From IMG/VR virus record IMGVR_UViG_3300028025_001269, positions 1-56,719 of that record: a stretch of 56,719 nucleotides of DNA; one strand, 5' to 3'. The notes beneath the pieces were generated by a model that had not been told where the DNA came from, made no database searches, and worked only from the letters and a program-made list of their open reading frames with translations. The translations under genes and the position numbers were made by a program. Below, piece by piece: positions 17,265 through 26,248 of this stretch. The first letter of the stretch is position 1. Each line of letters starts with the position of its first letter. Source of the stretch: a virus. Its lineage: Duplodnaviria; Caudoviricetes.

Positions 17265-17723
17265 GTGCCTAAGTTTAATGCCAAGCATTACGCTGCTTCT
17301 AAGGCAAATGGATACCGCAGTGGGTTAGAAGAACTTGTCCAGTCGGATTTGATACAAGCGAATGTTGATGCATCGTATGAATCAATTAAGATTGAATGGG
17401 AAGATCTAACCTACCGTAGGTACACACCAGACTTTCTATTACCCAATGGTATTATCGTTGAGACTAAAGGATTGTTTACTACAGAAGATAGACGTAAGCA
17501 TACATTAGTTAAGAAGCAACACCCTATGCTAGACATTCGGTTTGTATTTCAAAGTAGTAAACGCAGAATCAGTAAGACATCTAAGACTACGTATGCAGGT
17601 TGGTGTGAGAAGCAAGGCTTCTTGTATGCAGATAAGACAGTACCAGAGTCATGGATTAAAGAGCCAAAGAAAAAAGATATGCCCCTAGAATTCAATCCAT
17701 TTAAAGGAACTAAACATGAGTAA
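17265..17723 (+). CDS. T7 endonuclease I-like Holliday junction resolvase
   Basis: YRSGLE, YTPDF.LPNG...ETKG, DRRKH and DIRFVF motifs. Confidence 0.9.
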   Translation: MPKFNAKHYAASKANGYRSGLEELVQSDLIQANVDASYESIKIEWEDLTYRRYTPDFLLPNGIIVETKGLFTTEDRRKHTLVKKQHPMLDIRFVFQSSKRRISKTSKTTYAGWCEKQGFLYADKTVPESWIKEPKKKDMPLEFNPFKGTKHE

Positions 17724-18048
17724 TGCAATTAAGAAAGATGACATCGTACTAATCATTCGACCTAACTTCAATGAAGCTAAGTGGTCAGGTACTGTAGATC
17801 TTAATGTGATGTACATGCCATCAGATAAGTTAGACGAAGAGTCATACGAAGAACTTATGGGATTGATGCATGGGGTTATTACTTGTTTCCACTTACTCAA
17901 TACAGATGCTGAGTTTGGTGAGAAGGTATCTGAAGAGATGGACAAGATGATTGAATCAGGTAAGTTGACAGTAAGTCAGCTAGATGAGAACACCTTAGGT
18001 GAAGTCATTGACTTAACCGAGTGGACACAGACACGGGGGAATGCATAA
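17716..18048 (+). CDS. Hypothetical protein
   Basis: AAGGA RBS; overlapping operon. Confidence 0.7.
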   Translation: MSNAIKKDDIVLIIRPNFNEAKWSGTVDLNVMYMPSDKLDEESYEELMGLMHGVITCFHLLNTDAEFGEKVSEEMDKMIESGKLTVSQLDENTLGEVIDLTEWTQTRGNA

Positions 18049-18467
18049 TGGGAACTTTGGATGATCGTAATCAACCGCTTAACACCCGCAAGTCTATTGA
18101 TGATTGTTCAGGGGAAGAGTGGAGTGCTGCCAATCGTGCATTCTGGAAACAGATGGAGGAAGATCCACAGTATCAAAAGCAAGAGAGTCTCTTTGAGGGT
18201 GACTCCTTGTTTGACGATACACTAAGACAAGATGAAGACGAGCATGCAATGGAAACTCAATTCATGCTTGACGATGAGAGACAGTTTGAACAGATAGTAC
18301 AGGTGCTAGGTCCTTACGATGCCATTAGCTATTGTCATGGTGCAGCACTAGAGATCCTACTTAACTTGGATAACTGCTTAAACAATTCTGCAGCTATCCG
18401 TAAGGCTAGTCGTGCATTAGATCGTATGGCTAGATTGACAGACGAAACACGAGGAGTTAACTGGTGA
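18048..18467 (+). CDS. Hypothetical protein; C-terminus loosely resembles degenerate DUF3310
   Basis: LG......YC.G.AL...IRKA...LDR pattern; TAATG coupling at 18048. Confidence 0.5.
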   Translation: MGTLDDRNQPLNTRKSIDDCSGEEWSAANRAFWKQMEEDPQYQKQESLFEGDSLFDDTLRQDEDEHAMETQFMLDDERQFEQIVQVLGPYDAISYCHGAALEILLNLDNCLNNSAAIRKASRALDRMARLTDETRGVNW

Positions 18468-18655
18468 GCACAGAACCTACTATCTTTGTAGAGGTACGCT
18501 TTGAATTAGTATTAGATCCAGAGTCTGCCCCTCCGACATATAAAGATCCAGACTACCTACAAGAAGTATTGCAAGAAGCAATCAAGGATGCAGTCTACGA
18601 CATTGGTGCTGAAGAAGTTAATGAATTCTTTATTGAACTGGAAACAGACCTATGA
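18464..18655 (+). CDS. Hypothetical acidic protein
   Basis: GTGA-coupled; AGGAG RBS. Confidence 0.65.
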   Translation: MSTEPTIFVEVRFELVLDPESAPPTYKDPDYLQEVLQEAIKDAVYDIGAEEVNEFFIELETDL

Positions 18656-19101
18656 ATGCACCAGTCCGTAAGCGATTCGATAGAGAACTATTTAATGAAA
18701 CAGATGGTACTGCTAGAGATTCCGCTAGGGTATACTGGACATCTTTGGGTCATACCGTTGAGGATCACCCCGATAGGTATGCTGTAGATCTTATTGTAGA
18801 CACAGGATCAGAGACATTCTATTGTGAGGTAGAGATTAAGAAGGTATGGACAGGTGCTGCGTTTAAGTACGATACCCTGCAGATACCTGAGCGTAAGGCT
18901 AAGTTTGCTAAGCTAGATAAGCCAGCATACTTTATGATCTTTAATAAAGAACGTAGTCATGCATTCATCTGCAGTCACACAGACCTGTTAGATTCCCCCA
19001 TAGTTGAGGTGCCTAACAAGTATGTGTATAAGGGAGAGATGTTCTTTCAAGTACCGATTACGAAGTTACAGCTAGTGGAGATTCCAAGTGGCAACCCGTA
19101 A
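18652..19101 (+). CDS. PD-(D/E)xK nuclease-fold protein
   Basis: YAVDL...CEVEIK motif. Confidence 0.65.
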   Translation: MNAPVRKRFDRELFNETDGTARDSARVYWTSLGHTVEDHPDRYAVDLIVDTGSETFYCEVEIKKVWTGAAFKYDTLQIPERKAKFAKLDKPAYFMIFNKERSHAFICSHTDLLDSPIVEVPNKYVYKGEMFFQVPITKLQLVEIPSGNP

Positions 19102-19675
19102 ACATGAACAATCCCCTCAAGATAGGATGGACAATCTACTCCTAGATAATAATATGTTCTTCTTAAATGGGGACATTGATATCGAGAACGTAGATCGATG
19201 CATCAAGTGGATTGAGTATGAGAACATTGACAGTACTAAGTCTAAGCTGCTAACACTGTATGTGAATACACCGGGTGGGGATCTGTATCAGACCTTTGCC
19301 TTGATTGATATCATGCGTAGCAGTAAGCATCCTATCCGTACCATTGGGCTAGGCAACATCATGAGTGGTGGCTTCTTGATCTTTGTATGTGGTACCAAGG
19401 GTGAGAGATACATTGCACCTAATGCTGGCATCATGTGTCACCAACTGTCGGATGACATTACAGATAAGTATCATGACATTAAGTCAGCAGTAAAAGAAGT
19501 AGAGAACTGTAATGCTAAGATGATTAAGATACTTCGTGATGCAACAGGCTTAAGTGCATTAAAGATTTCAGCTAAACTATTACCAGCAAGTGATGTATAC
19601 TTGACTGCAAAGGAATTGATACAGTTAAATGCAGCAGACTATATACTAGGAGAAGATGATGGCACACCTGTCTGA
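19088..19675 (+). CDS. clpP: ClpP-family serine protease
   Basis: LYVNTPGG; G.IMS (Ser); IMCHQ (His); D.YLTA.E (Asp). Confidence 0.85.
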   Translation: MATRKHEQSPQDRMDNLLLDNNMFFLNGDIDIENVDRCIKWIEYENIDSTKSKLLTLYVNTPGGDLYQTFALIDIMRSSKHPIRTIGLGNIMSGGFLIFVCGTKGERYIAPNAGIMCHQLSDDITDKYHDIKSAVKEVENCNAKMIKILRDATGLSALKISAKLLPASDVYLTAKELIQLNAADYILGEDDGTPV

Positions 19676-20045
19676 TGACTTGTTTGATGAGAGTATGGTA
19701 AAGTTAAAGAGGGCACTAGGTGTTGCTACTTGTGCTATGTCTGCAACTGCCAACTCAGAATGGCTTGACCATAAACCTGCTATTGAGTATGCTTTATGGC
19801 AGGTGCAAGAGAATCTATGTGATGTTATTATAGATGTAGAAGAAGCAGTAGAGTTTAATACAGGGTTTTCAAAGTTAGCACGAGTGAAAGCCTTGTTTGA
19901 AGCAGCACGTTTAGTGGAACGATTCCATGATTCACCCGTAGTGATTCCACCTAACGAAAGTTTTGCAACGGTCATAGCTAGAGCAATCAAGCAACTAGCT
20001 ACCACAGAGGAGAGTGATGATGACATCGAAGATTATGAAGGGTAG
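19656..20045 (+). CDS. Hypothetical protein
   Basis: AGGAG RBS. Confidence 0.65.
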   Translation: MMAHLSDDLFDESMVKLKRALGVATCAMSATANSEWLDHKPAIEYALWQVQENLCDVIIDVEEAVEFNTGFSKLARVKALFEAARLVERFHDSPVVIPPNESFATVIARAIKQLATTEESDDDIEDYEG

Positions 20046-20304
20046 TATTGCAGTAGGCATTGCAGCAGCAGTCTTAGGAATTACAGGGTGTGCATCTTCA
20101 CCTTATGGTTCCGAGTCTAAGCTGGTAGTACAGAAGAGAGCACAAGCTATGAGTAGACAAGAGGTTATTCAAGCGATACAGGATTGTGAAGTATCTAGAA
20201 TGAGACCTGTTCTCATTATGGCTAAGCGTAGGGTGAATGATTGGGATACGGACATCATCATTGATGTAACTTGTGCCCCACGCAATCCAGCCTACTACTT
20301 TTAA
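20035..20304 (+). CDS. Putative lipoprotein
   Basis: MKG, then a hydrophobic stretch and an ITGC lipobox. Confidence 0.65.
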   Translation: MKGSIAVGIAAAVLGITGCASSPYGSESKLVVQKRAQAMSRQEVIQAIQDCEVSRMRPVLIMAKRRVNDWDTDIIIDVTCAPRNPAYYF

Positions 20305-20334
20305 TATAATAAAAACAAGTACATACGAAGGCAG

Positions 20335-20363
20335 TTGCTTTAAAGGGAATTTTAAGTATAACT
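20335..20363 (+). promoter_or_regulatory. Promoter upstream of nrdJ
   Basis: TTGCTT-N16-TATAACT; same geometry as the capsid promoter. Confidence 0.55.
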
Positions 20364-20376
20364 AAAGTCCCCCCAT

Positions 20377-20410
20377 GGGAGTACAGATTTTACTGTGCTC
20401 CTATTTTTTT
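20377..20410 (+). terminator. Rho-independent terminator-like hairpin upstream of nrdJ
   Basis: GGGAGTACAG-ATTTTA-CTGTGCTCCT followed by A and T7. Confidence 0.65.
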
Positions 20411-20439
20411 CAATAAAATCAACAACATAGGTATACTTC

Positions 20440-22347
20440 ATGACGAAATACACAATGACTCCCTACAATGACTTCATTGCCAAGAGCAGATACTCTCGTT
20501 ACATAGACGAGCTTGGCAGACGTGAGCATTGGAGTGAGACAGTAACACGATACTTTGACTTTATGACAGAGCATCTAAAGGATAAAAAGAATTACACCCT
20601 GACTCCTGAGCTACGTGCCGAGTTAGAACAAGCAGTAAAGGATCTAGATGTAGTGCCATCCATGAGAGCCGTCATGACCTCGGGACCAGCACTAGAGAGA
20701 CAGAACGTAGCAGCATTCAATTGTTCCTACCTACCTATCGATGACCCTAAAGCATTCGATGAAGCTATGTACATCCTCCTGTGTGGTACAGGTGTAGGAT
20801 TTAGTGTGGAGAAGAAGTATGTATCTAGATTACCTGAAGTCCCTGATCGTATGTTCAGTAGTCAAACTACTATTGTTGTTTCGGATTCTAAAGAAGGATG
20901 GGCTAAATCACTTCGACAACTCATTGCTCTTCTGTACTCTGGCGAAGTTCCACAGTACGACATACATAAAGTCCGTGAGGCAGGTGCAAGACTCAAGACC
21001 TTTGGAGGCAGGGCATCTGGACCAAAACCCTTGGAAGACTTATTTAAGTTTGTCATTAGCAAATTCAAAGGTGCAGCTGGTAGACGTTTATCTTCCCTCG
21101 AATGCCATGACATTCTGTGCAAGATCGGGGAAGTTGTTGTTGTGGGTGGAGTACGTAGGTCAGCAATGATCTCACTGTCAGACTTAACAGATGACAACAT
21201 GGCTCATGCTAAAGCAGGTGCATGGTGGGATGGTCAAGGACAACGTGCCTTGGCTAACAACTCTGCTGTGTACGAAGAGAAGCCAAGCATTGGACACTTC
21301 ATGCGTGAGTGGACATCTATTTATGAATCACATTCAGGTGAGAGAGGAATCTTCAGTCGTGATGCATCCCAAAGACAAGCAGCAAAAAACGGAAGGCGTG
21401 ATAGTACTTATGAGTTTGGTACTAATCCTTGTAGCGAAATTATTTTACGCCCTTATCAATTCTGTAATCTGTCTAGCTGTATTGTGCGTAGCACTGATAG
21501 CTTTGATTCTCTATCCACTAAGATTCGCTTGGCAACTATTCTCGGAACATTTCAAGCGACCTTAACAGACTTCCCGTACCTACGTAAGATCTGGCAGAAG
21601 AATACAGAAGAAGAAGCATTGCTTGGTGTGTCAATGACTGGTATCCTTGACAATGCTTTATTAAATAATCCAGATGATCTGGACCTACCTAAACGCTTGG
21701 AGGCTTTACGTGATATTGCTGTCGCTACTAACGCTGAATACGCTGCTGCTATTGGCATTAATCAATCTGTCGCTGTTACTGCCATTAAACCAGAAGGCAC
21801 AGTCAGTCAGCTTTGTTCTACTGCTAGTGGCATTCATCCTCAGCACAGCAAGTATTATATTAGAAGGGTTAGGGCTGATAACAAGGACCCACTTACTCAA
21901 TTTATGATTCAGGCTGGGTTCGTAGCAGAGCCATGCTTCATGAAACCTGATAGCACTACTGTGTTTAGTTTCCCTGTGAAGGTTGCAGATGGTGCACTGT
22001 TACGTGAAGACTTGTCTGCTATCCAGCATCTGAAACTGTGGCTACTATTCCAACGTCATTACTGTGAACACAAGCCATCTGTCACAATCTCTGTGAAGGA
22101 AGACGAGTGGATGCAGGTAGGTGCTTGGGTATATGAACACTTCGATGAGGTTACAGGGGTATCTTTCCTGCCTATGGATGGTGGCACATACAAGCAAGCA
22201 CCGTATGAAGAGTGTACAGAAGAAGAGTACAACAAGTTGAAGCTGTTAGTACCTGAGTCAGTAGACTGGAGTAACTTCAAAGAGTATGATGATAATGTGG
22301 AAGGTGCTCAGATGTTATCTTGTACTGCGGGTGGTTGTAGTATATAA
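20440..22347 (+). CDS. nrdJ: Class II (adenosylcobalamin-dependent) ribonucleotide reductase
   Basis: PSMRA, FNC, GGVRRSA, TNPCSE, QFCNL, KPEGT and C-terminal CTAGGC; no beta-subunit gene is present. Confidence 0.92.
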   Translation: MTKYTMTPYNDFIAKSRYSRYIDELGRREHWSETVTRYFDFMTEHLKDKKNYTLTPELRAELEQAVKDLDVVPSMRAVMTSGPALERQNVAAFNCSYLPIDDPKAFDEAMYILLCGTGVGFSVEKKYVSRLPEVPDRMFSSQTTIVVSDSKEGWAKSLRQLIALLYSGEVPQYDIHKVREAGARLKTFGGRASGPKPLEDLFKFVISKFKGAAGRRLSSLECHDILCKIGEVVVVGGVRRSAMISLSDLTDDNMAHAKAGAWWDGQGQRALANNSAVYEEKPSIGHFMREWTSIYESHSGERGIFSRDASQRQAAKNGRRDSTYEFGTNPCSEIILRPYQFCNLSSCIVRSTDSFDSLSTKIRLATILGTFQATLTDFPYLRKIWQKNTEEEALLGVSMTGILDNALLNNPDDLDLPKRLEALRDIAVATNAEYAAAIGINQSVAVTAIKPEGTVSQLCSTASGIHPQHSKYYIRRVRADNKDPLTQFMIQAGFVAEPCFMKPDSTTVFSFPVKVADGALLREDLSAIQHLKLWLLFQRHYCEHKPSVTISVKEDEWMQVGAWVYEHFDEVTGVSFLPMDGGTYKQAPYEECTEEEYNKLKLLVPESVDWSNFKEYDDNVEGAQMLSCTAGGCSI

Positions 22348-22357
22348 TCTAAGTAGT

Positions 22358-22431
22358 GCCCCTTTAGTTAAATGGTATAACACTTGATTTGTAATCATGG
22401 ATTGGCAGTTCGATTCTGTCAAGGGGCACCA
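22358..22431 (+). tRNA. tRNA-Thr(UGU)
   Basis: Acceptor stem GCCCCTT/AAGGGGC; D arm GTTA/TAAC; anticodon loop TT-TGT-AA (one mismatch in the stem); T arm GGCAG-TTCGATT-CTGTC; encoded CCA. Confidence 0.9.
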
Positions 22432-22434
22432 CTA

Positions 22435-22611
22435 AGTATTACATGAGAGTGTGGTAAATAGTAAGCAAGCCTAACTGTCAAGGTTAATCAGTACCCCAAC
22501 GGCATGATCCCTAGTGGAGACGGTCCGTATGCTGAAGCGGAAGGAAGCTGTAAGTTGGGGAAGAGGGTACAATCTTCTTTTAAACACACGACAGTACTCT
22601 CATTTAATACT
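22435..22611 (+). ncRNA. Candidate structured non-coding RNA
   Basis: Closing helix AGTATTA-C-ATGAGAGT / ACTCTCAT-T-TAATACT, with nested CCCCAAC/GTTGGGG and GGCATG/TATGCT stems. Confidence 0.5.
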
Positions 22612-22623
22612 AAAGGAGCTAAC

Positions 22624-22881
22624 ATGAATCGCTATAGAATTGCAGAAGAATACCCAGATGTCCAGCTTATGATGCTAGAACCTCACTACTTTGATAAAGC
22701 TATTGTGGGTGTAGTACAGAAGTGTAATCAAGTACAAGCCATCTGCTATGATGCAGTTAAATGCATTAAGCTATTAGCTAAGTATGAGGGTATGTCGGAG
22801 GATGAGGCAGCTGAGTACTTCGAGTACAACACACAGGGTGCATACGTAGGTGAACACACACCTGTGTTTCTTTATAAGTGA
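22624..22881 (+). CDS. Conserved phage protein (EA.EYFEYN..GAYVGE.TP type)
   Basis: AAGGAG RBS before ATG 22624 (start re-called from 22504). Confidence 0.75.
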   Translation: MNRYRIAEEYPDVQLMMLEPHYFDKAIVGVVQKCNQVQAICYDAVKCIKLLAKYEGMSEDEAAEYFEYNTQGAYVGEHTPVFLYK

Positions 22882-25800
22882 TTATCTAAACCGCTGGATC
22901 AGTGCTTCGTATTTGTAGACTTGGCTGTACTCTTTAGTCTGATCCATTGTCCTGCCATCATTCTCTTCAGCATACAGTTCATTGATAGCCCTACGTGCAA
23001 CAGCAGGCAGCTTATCAAACCGCATCTTATTAACACGATCCCTATCTTCAACCGTCATCTTAGCTTGAGTAATCTCACGAGCCATGCTTAATGTCTCTTG
23101 CAGATTAGTAGCCATAGCAATGCGTTGTTGATCCCGAGTAAAGCCTTTGTATCTCTCACTGTTAATCAAACCAGTGATACGATTCTCTACATAAGGGATA
23201 GATGCCTTAATGAAGGCACGATCATAGACCTTATCTCCAGTAGCACCAAAGAATGTATACGGGTCTAGCTTCAGCTTAACAAACTCACGTTCAATAAGAT
23301 TCTTCTCTGGGGTTAAACGTACACCAGATAAGCTGTTAAAGAATTCACCAGCACGAACAGGTGCCTTGTCAGAGAAGTAAGGTTGGAATCCCGGTAACTC
23401 TTCTTTGAGTTCAGGTATCTTAGCCATCACCCTTTGAACAGCAGCTTGACCAATAGTAGGCAGAGCAGTAACAGTCTTCTCTATGTCGGATACTTCGCCT
23501 GCTTCAGTGCGTCTCTTTAGTTCTTTGGCAGAAGAGTATGGTCCTATTATGTTAGGGTCTCTAGCAATCTGACCACCTTCATCAAACAAATCTAAGTACT
23601 CAAAGACAGCTTTTCCGGGGGTAGTAAAGCGACCAGCAAAGTCACCTAATAATCTACCGATTGCTTTGTTAACACGCTCTACTCCCTTGCCTTCTGAACC
23701 TGCAATAAGATTAGGCAGTTCATCAATCAAAGAAGCCTGTGATCCAGCTGGCATCTTCATACCAATAATAGCTGTGAGCAATTCAGATACCTTGGCATCT
23801 TCTGTTCTGCCTAGCTTTTGCTTAGCAAGGAAATCCCCTACTGCCATGTACGGACCAATAGGAAATACACCACGGATATCTACGGTACTGCCATCTTCAT
23901 TGGTGACATTGAACCACTCACCGTCTTGGTTTTCTAGACGATACTTGTAGGCAGCATAGATAGCTGCTGTACCTACAACACCTTTACTCATATTCTCTAA
24001 GCCCTTATTAAGCTGAGCTTGACCCCCAGCTTCACCCTTAGCTACCCGCATTGCACCATTAGCAATATCCCCTACACCAGCAGCACCACCCAATGGACTG
24101 TTACGATATTGGAATGCAATAGCATTAGACATAAACCGAGGGAAGGTAACCATTAAAGATCCACCCGGTAACTTCTCAAAGAAACTAACGAAGTTACTAG
24201 CTAACCCCTCTGCGGCTGCTTCTACGCCCTTCTGAGACGCTTTCTGTTGTTTAGGGGTGTAGGCAAAGGTAGCCTTCAAAGTCTCGTCTGCAGCGTTTTT
24301 AAGCACGTCTGTGGGGATTGCTTTATTGTTGGCTAACATATCTGTCATATCCAAACCAACACGCCTTAGCTGACGCTCTACACTCGAGGCAAAGATAGCC
24401 CGTCTAAAGAAGGCATCCTGTGCTACGTTTAATGTGTTTACTACACGGGCAACTTTACTTAAGTCACCCGTCTGATTCTCTTGCAGTGCACTAAAGATCT
24501 GATTCTGGATACGTGGGTTATCCTTTAATAGCAGATCAACTGTCTCAGCAGTCAAGCCTGTATCAGCTAAGTTACCTAAAGTATTAAAGGTATCTTTAAT
24601 GGTGTCACTTAAGCCACGAGTAATGTCACCCTGCTTGTAGTTACCTGTGACTACACCCGTTACTGCCTTACCTGTAGTGTAGATAGCACCTTCGATTAGT
24701 TTAGATGCAGCATCAAATGTGATAGCCGTACCTGTACCAAGGATGTTACGTACCGTAGTACCAATACCAGAAACCACAAAGGCTTTAGACTCACGCTCTA
24801 ACCTATTGATTACTCTCATGAAATTACCAGTCATTGAAACCATCTCATGGTCTCTGCCGTACATATCATCTACTAGTTTCTGTGCTTCAGGATCTAAGCT
24901 AGACACTTTCTTCAGAGTACGAGCCAGTGCAGAGTATCCCTGTAGAATGGTACCTGCATCAGCTACAGTGGTACGAGTAGCCTGAGCAAATTCTGCTGGA
25001 GTTAGATTGGCTTTATTTAAAGCAGCTTGAATGACATCATCATCTACTGTGTCAATAGTTTGGAAGATATTCTTAACTGCATCACTGACCTTCTGTCCAT
25101 TCGCAGGACGGAACTCAGGTGCTAATAGCATCACATACTTAGCTACATCAATAGCTCGTCTGTTAATGTCGGTACGGATTTGTGATTGGGTTAAATCTGT
25201 AGGGCTATCGATTGCATCAAGAGTACGTCTACCTTCAAAGATATCAAACTCATTAAGCAAGTCCTCTTGTGACTTATCAAAGGCTTTATTCAAAGCATCT
25301 GTAGCTGGGTCTTCAGCTGCTTTACCTGCTCTCTTACCAGCTAACTTATCTTCTAACTGCTTCTTGGTAGTGATAGCACCCTTACCCACAACAGCAGTAC
25401 CAGCTTCTAAGGCACCACCAAAAGCACTTAAGCCGGAGGCAATACCTAACTCAATTAGATTTAATTCATCAGTCTGAACACCCGTCTTACGTCTTACATC
25501 CTGATCAATCACATTCTGACCAGCACCGATAACTGTTTCAGCACCTGCTGCTACACCCATAGCTTTAACTTTAGAGCTAAGGACATTCTTAATTGCTTCA
25601 CGAGCAAATGCATACCTAGCACCAGCACCAATGCCAGCACTTAAAATGTTAGTAGGCTCACTGATTGCAGATAGAACTGCCTCACCGAAAGGTCTAACAC
25701 CCGGCTGTCCACCTGCAGAGTACCATGAGGGTACAGCATCGTATAGATTGTGAGCACGAGCAGCCTTGAGTACAGCATCAGGCTTAGCATTGTTAATCCA

Positions 25801-26223
25801 GTTTAATTCAGGGATAGCATTCAGAGAAGTGTTCCACTCTACCTGACGCATAGCTGTCATGAAACGCTTAGCGTAGTCCTCGTCAGACTCATCCTTCTGT
25901 TGCTTACCTGCTTCACCGTAACGGGCTTCAGCATAGTCACGAATAACCTTTAGATTCTCTGGACTCTTATAGAGGGATTCAAAGGGTACTTCTTTAGCCT
26001 TACCTGCAGCACGTTCTTCTGGGGTACCCTTGATGCGCTGGATAGTAGGATCCTGCTGGTATTTAAACTCAGCCTTAGGTTGTTCTATAGGTAAGTCAAA
26101 CTCTGAATCAGGAACAGCTGCTGATGCAGCTTTCTGCTCGGGAGTTGCTGTAGGTTCAATATCAAGAGGAGCACCTTCAACAGATACTACCCCTGCTACT
26201 GGCAAATCAAATTCACTAGCCAT
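22882..26223 (-). CDS. Large internal virion (ejection) protein
   Basis: 1113 aa, helical and Ala-rich; last gene of the structural arm, as in podoviruses. Confidence 0.65.
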   Translation of the reverse strand: MASEFDLPVAGVVSVEGAPLDIEPTATPEQKAASAAVPDSEFDLPIEQPKAEFKYQQDPTIQRIKGTPEERAAGKAKEVPFESLYKSPENLKVIRDYAEARYGEAGKQQKDESDEDYAKRFMTAMRQVEWNTSLNAIPELNWINNAKPDAVLKAARAHNLYDAVPSWYSAGGQPGVRPFGEAVLSAISEPTNILSAGIGAGARYAFAREAIKNVLSSKVKAMGVAAGAETVIGAGQNVIDQDVRRKTGVQTDELNLIELGIASGLSAFGGALEAGTAVVGKGAITTKKQLEDKLAGKRAGKAAEDPATDALNKAFDKSQEDLLNEFDIFEGRRTLDAIDSPTDLTQSQIRTDINRRAIDVAKYVMLLAPEFRPANGQKVSDAVKNIFQTIDTVDDDVIQAALNKANLTPAEFAQATRTTVADAGTILQGYSALARTLKKVSSLDPEAQKLVDDMYGRDHEMVSMTGNFMRVINRLERESKAFVVSGIGTTVRNILGTGTAITFDAASKLIEGAIYTTGKAVTGVVTGNYKQGDITRGLSDTIKDTFNTLGNLADTGLTAETVDLLLKDNPRIQNQIFSALQENQTGDLSKVARVVNTLNVAQDAFFRRAIFASSVERQLRRVGLDMTDMLANNKAIPTDVLKNAADETLKATFAYTPKQQKASQKGVEAAAEGLASNFVSFFEKLPGGSLMVTFPRFMSNAIAFQYRNSPLGGAAGVGDIANGAMRVAKGEAGGQAQLNKGLENMSKGVVGTAAIYAAYKYRLENQDGEWFNVTNEDGSTVDIRGVFPIGPYMAVGDFLAKQKLGRTEDAKVSELLTAIIGMKMPAGSQASLIDELPNLIAGSEGKGVERVNKAIGRLLGDFAGRFTTPGKAVFEYLDLFDEGGQIARDPNIIGPYSSAKELKRRTEAGEVSDIEKTVTALPTIGQAAVQRVMAKIPELKEELPGFQPYFSDKAPVRAGEFFNSLSGVRLTPEKNLIEREFVKLKLDPYTFFGATGDKVYDRAFIKASIPYVENRITGLINSERYKGFTRDQQRIAMATNLQETLSMAREITQAKMTVEDRDRVNKMRFDKLPAVARRAINELYAEENDGRTMDQTKEYSQVYKYEALIQRFR

Positions 26224-26248
26224 TTAGATGTCCTTGTTATTATTCTTA

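Noticed and set aside
20364-20439. Cobalamin riboswitch upstream of nrdJ
   Set aside because: The leader is only about 70 nt and has no B12-box.
22525-22552. CGGAAGGAAGC resembles the SRP (4.5S) RNA domain IV sequence
   Set aside because: The GGAA is not closed by the CC/GG pairs and the upstream CAGG strand is missing, so the SRP helix cannot form.
22504-22623. N-terminal extension of ORF 22504-22881
   Set aside because: The clear AAGGAG RBS sits before ATG 22624, and the extension overlaps the structured RNA candidate.
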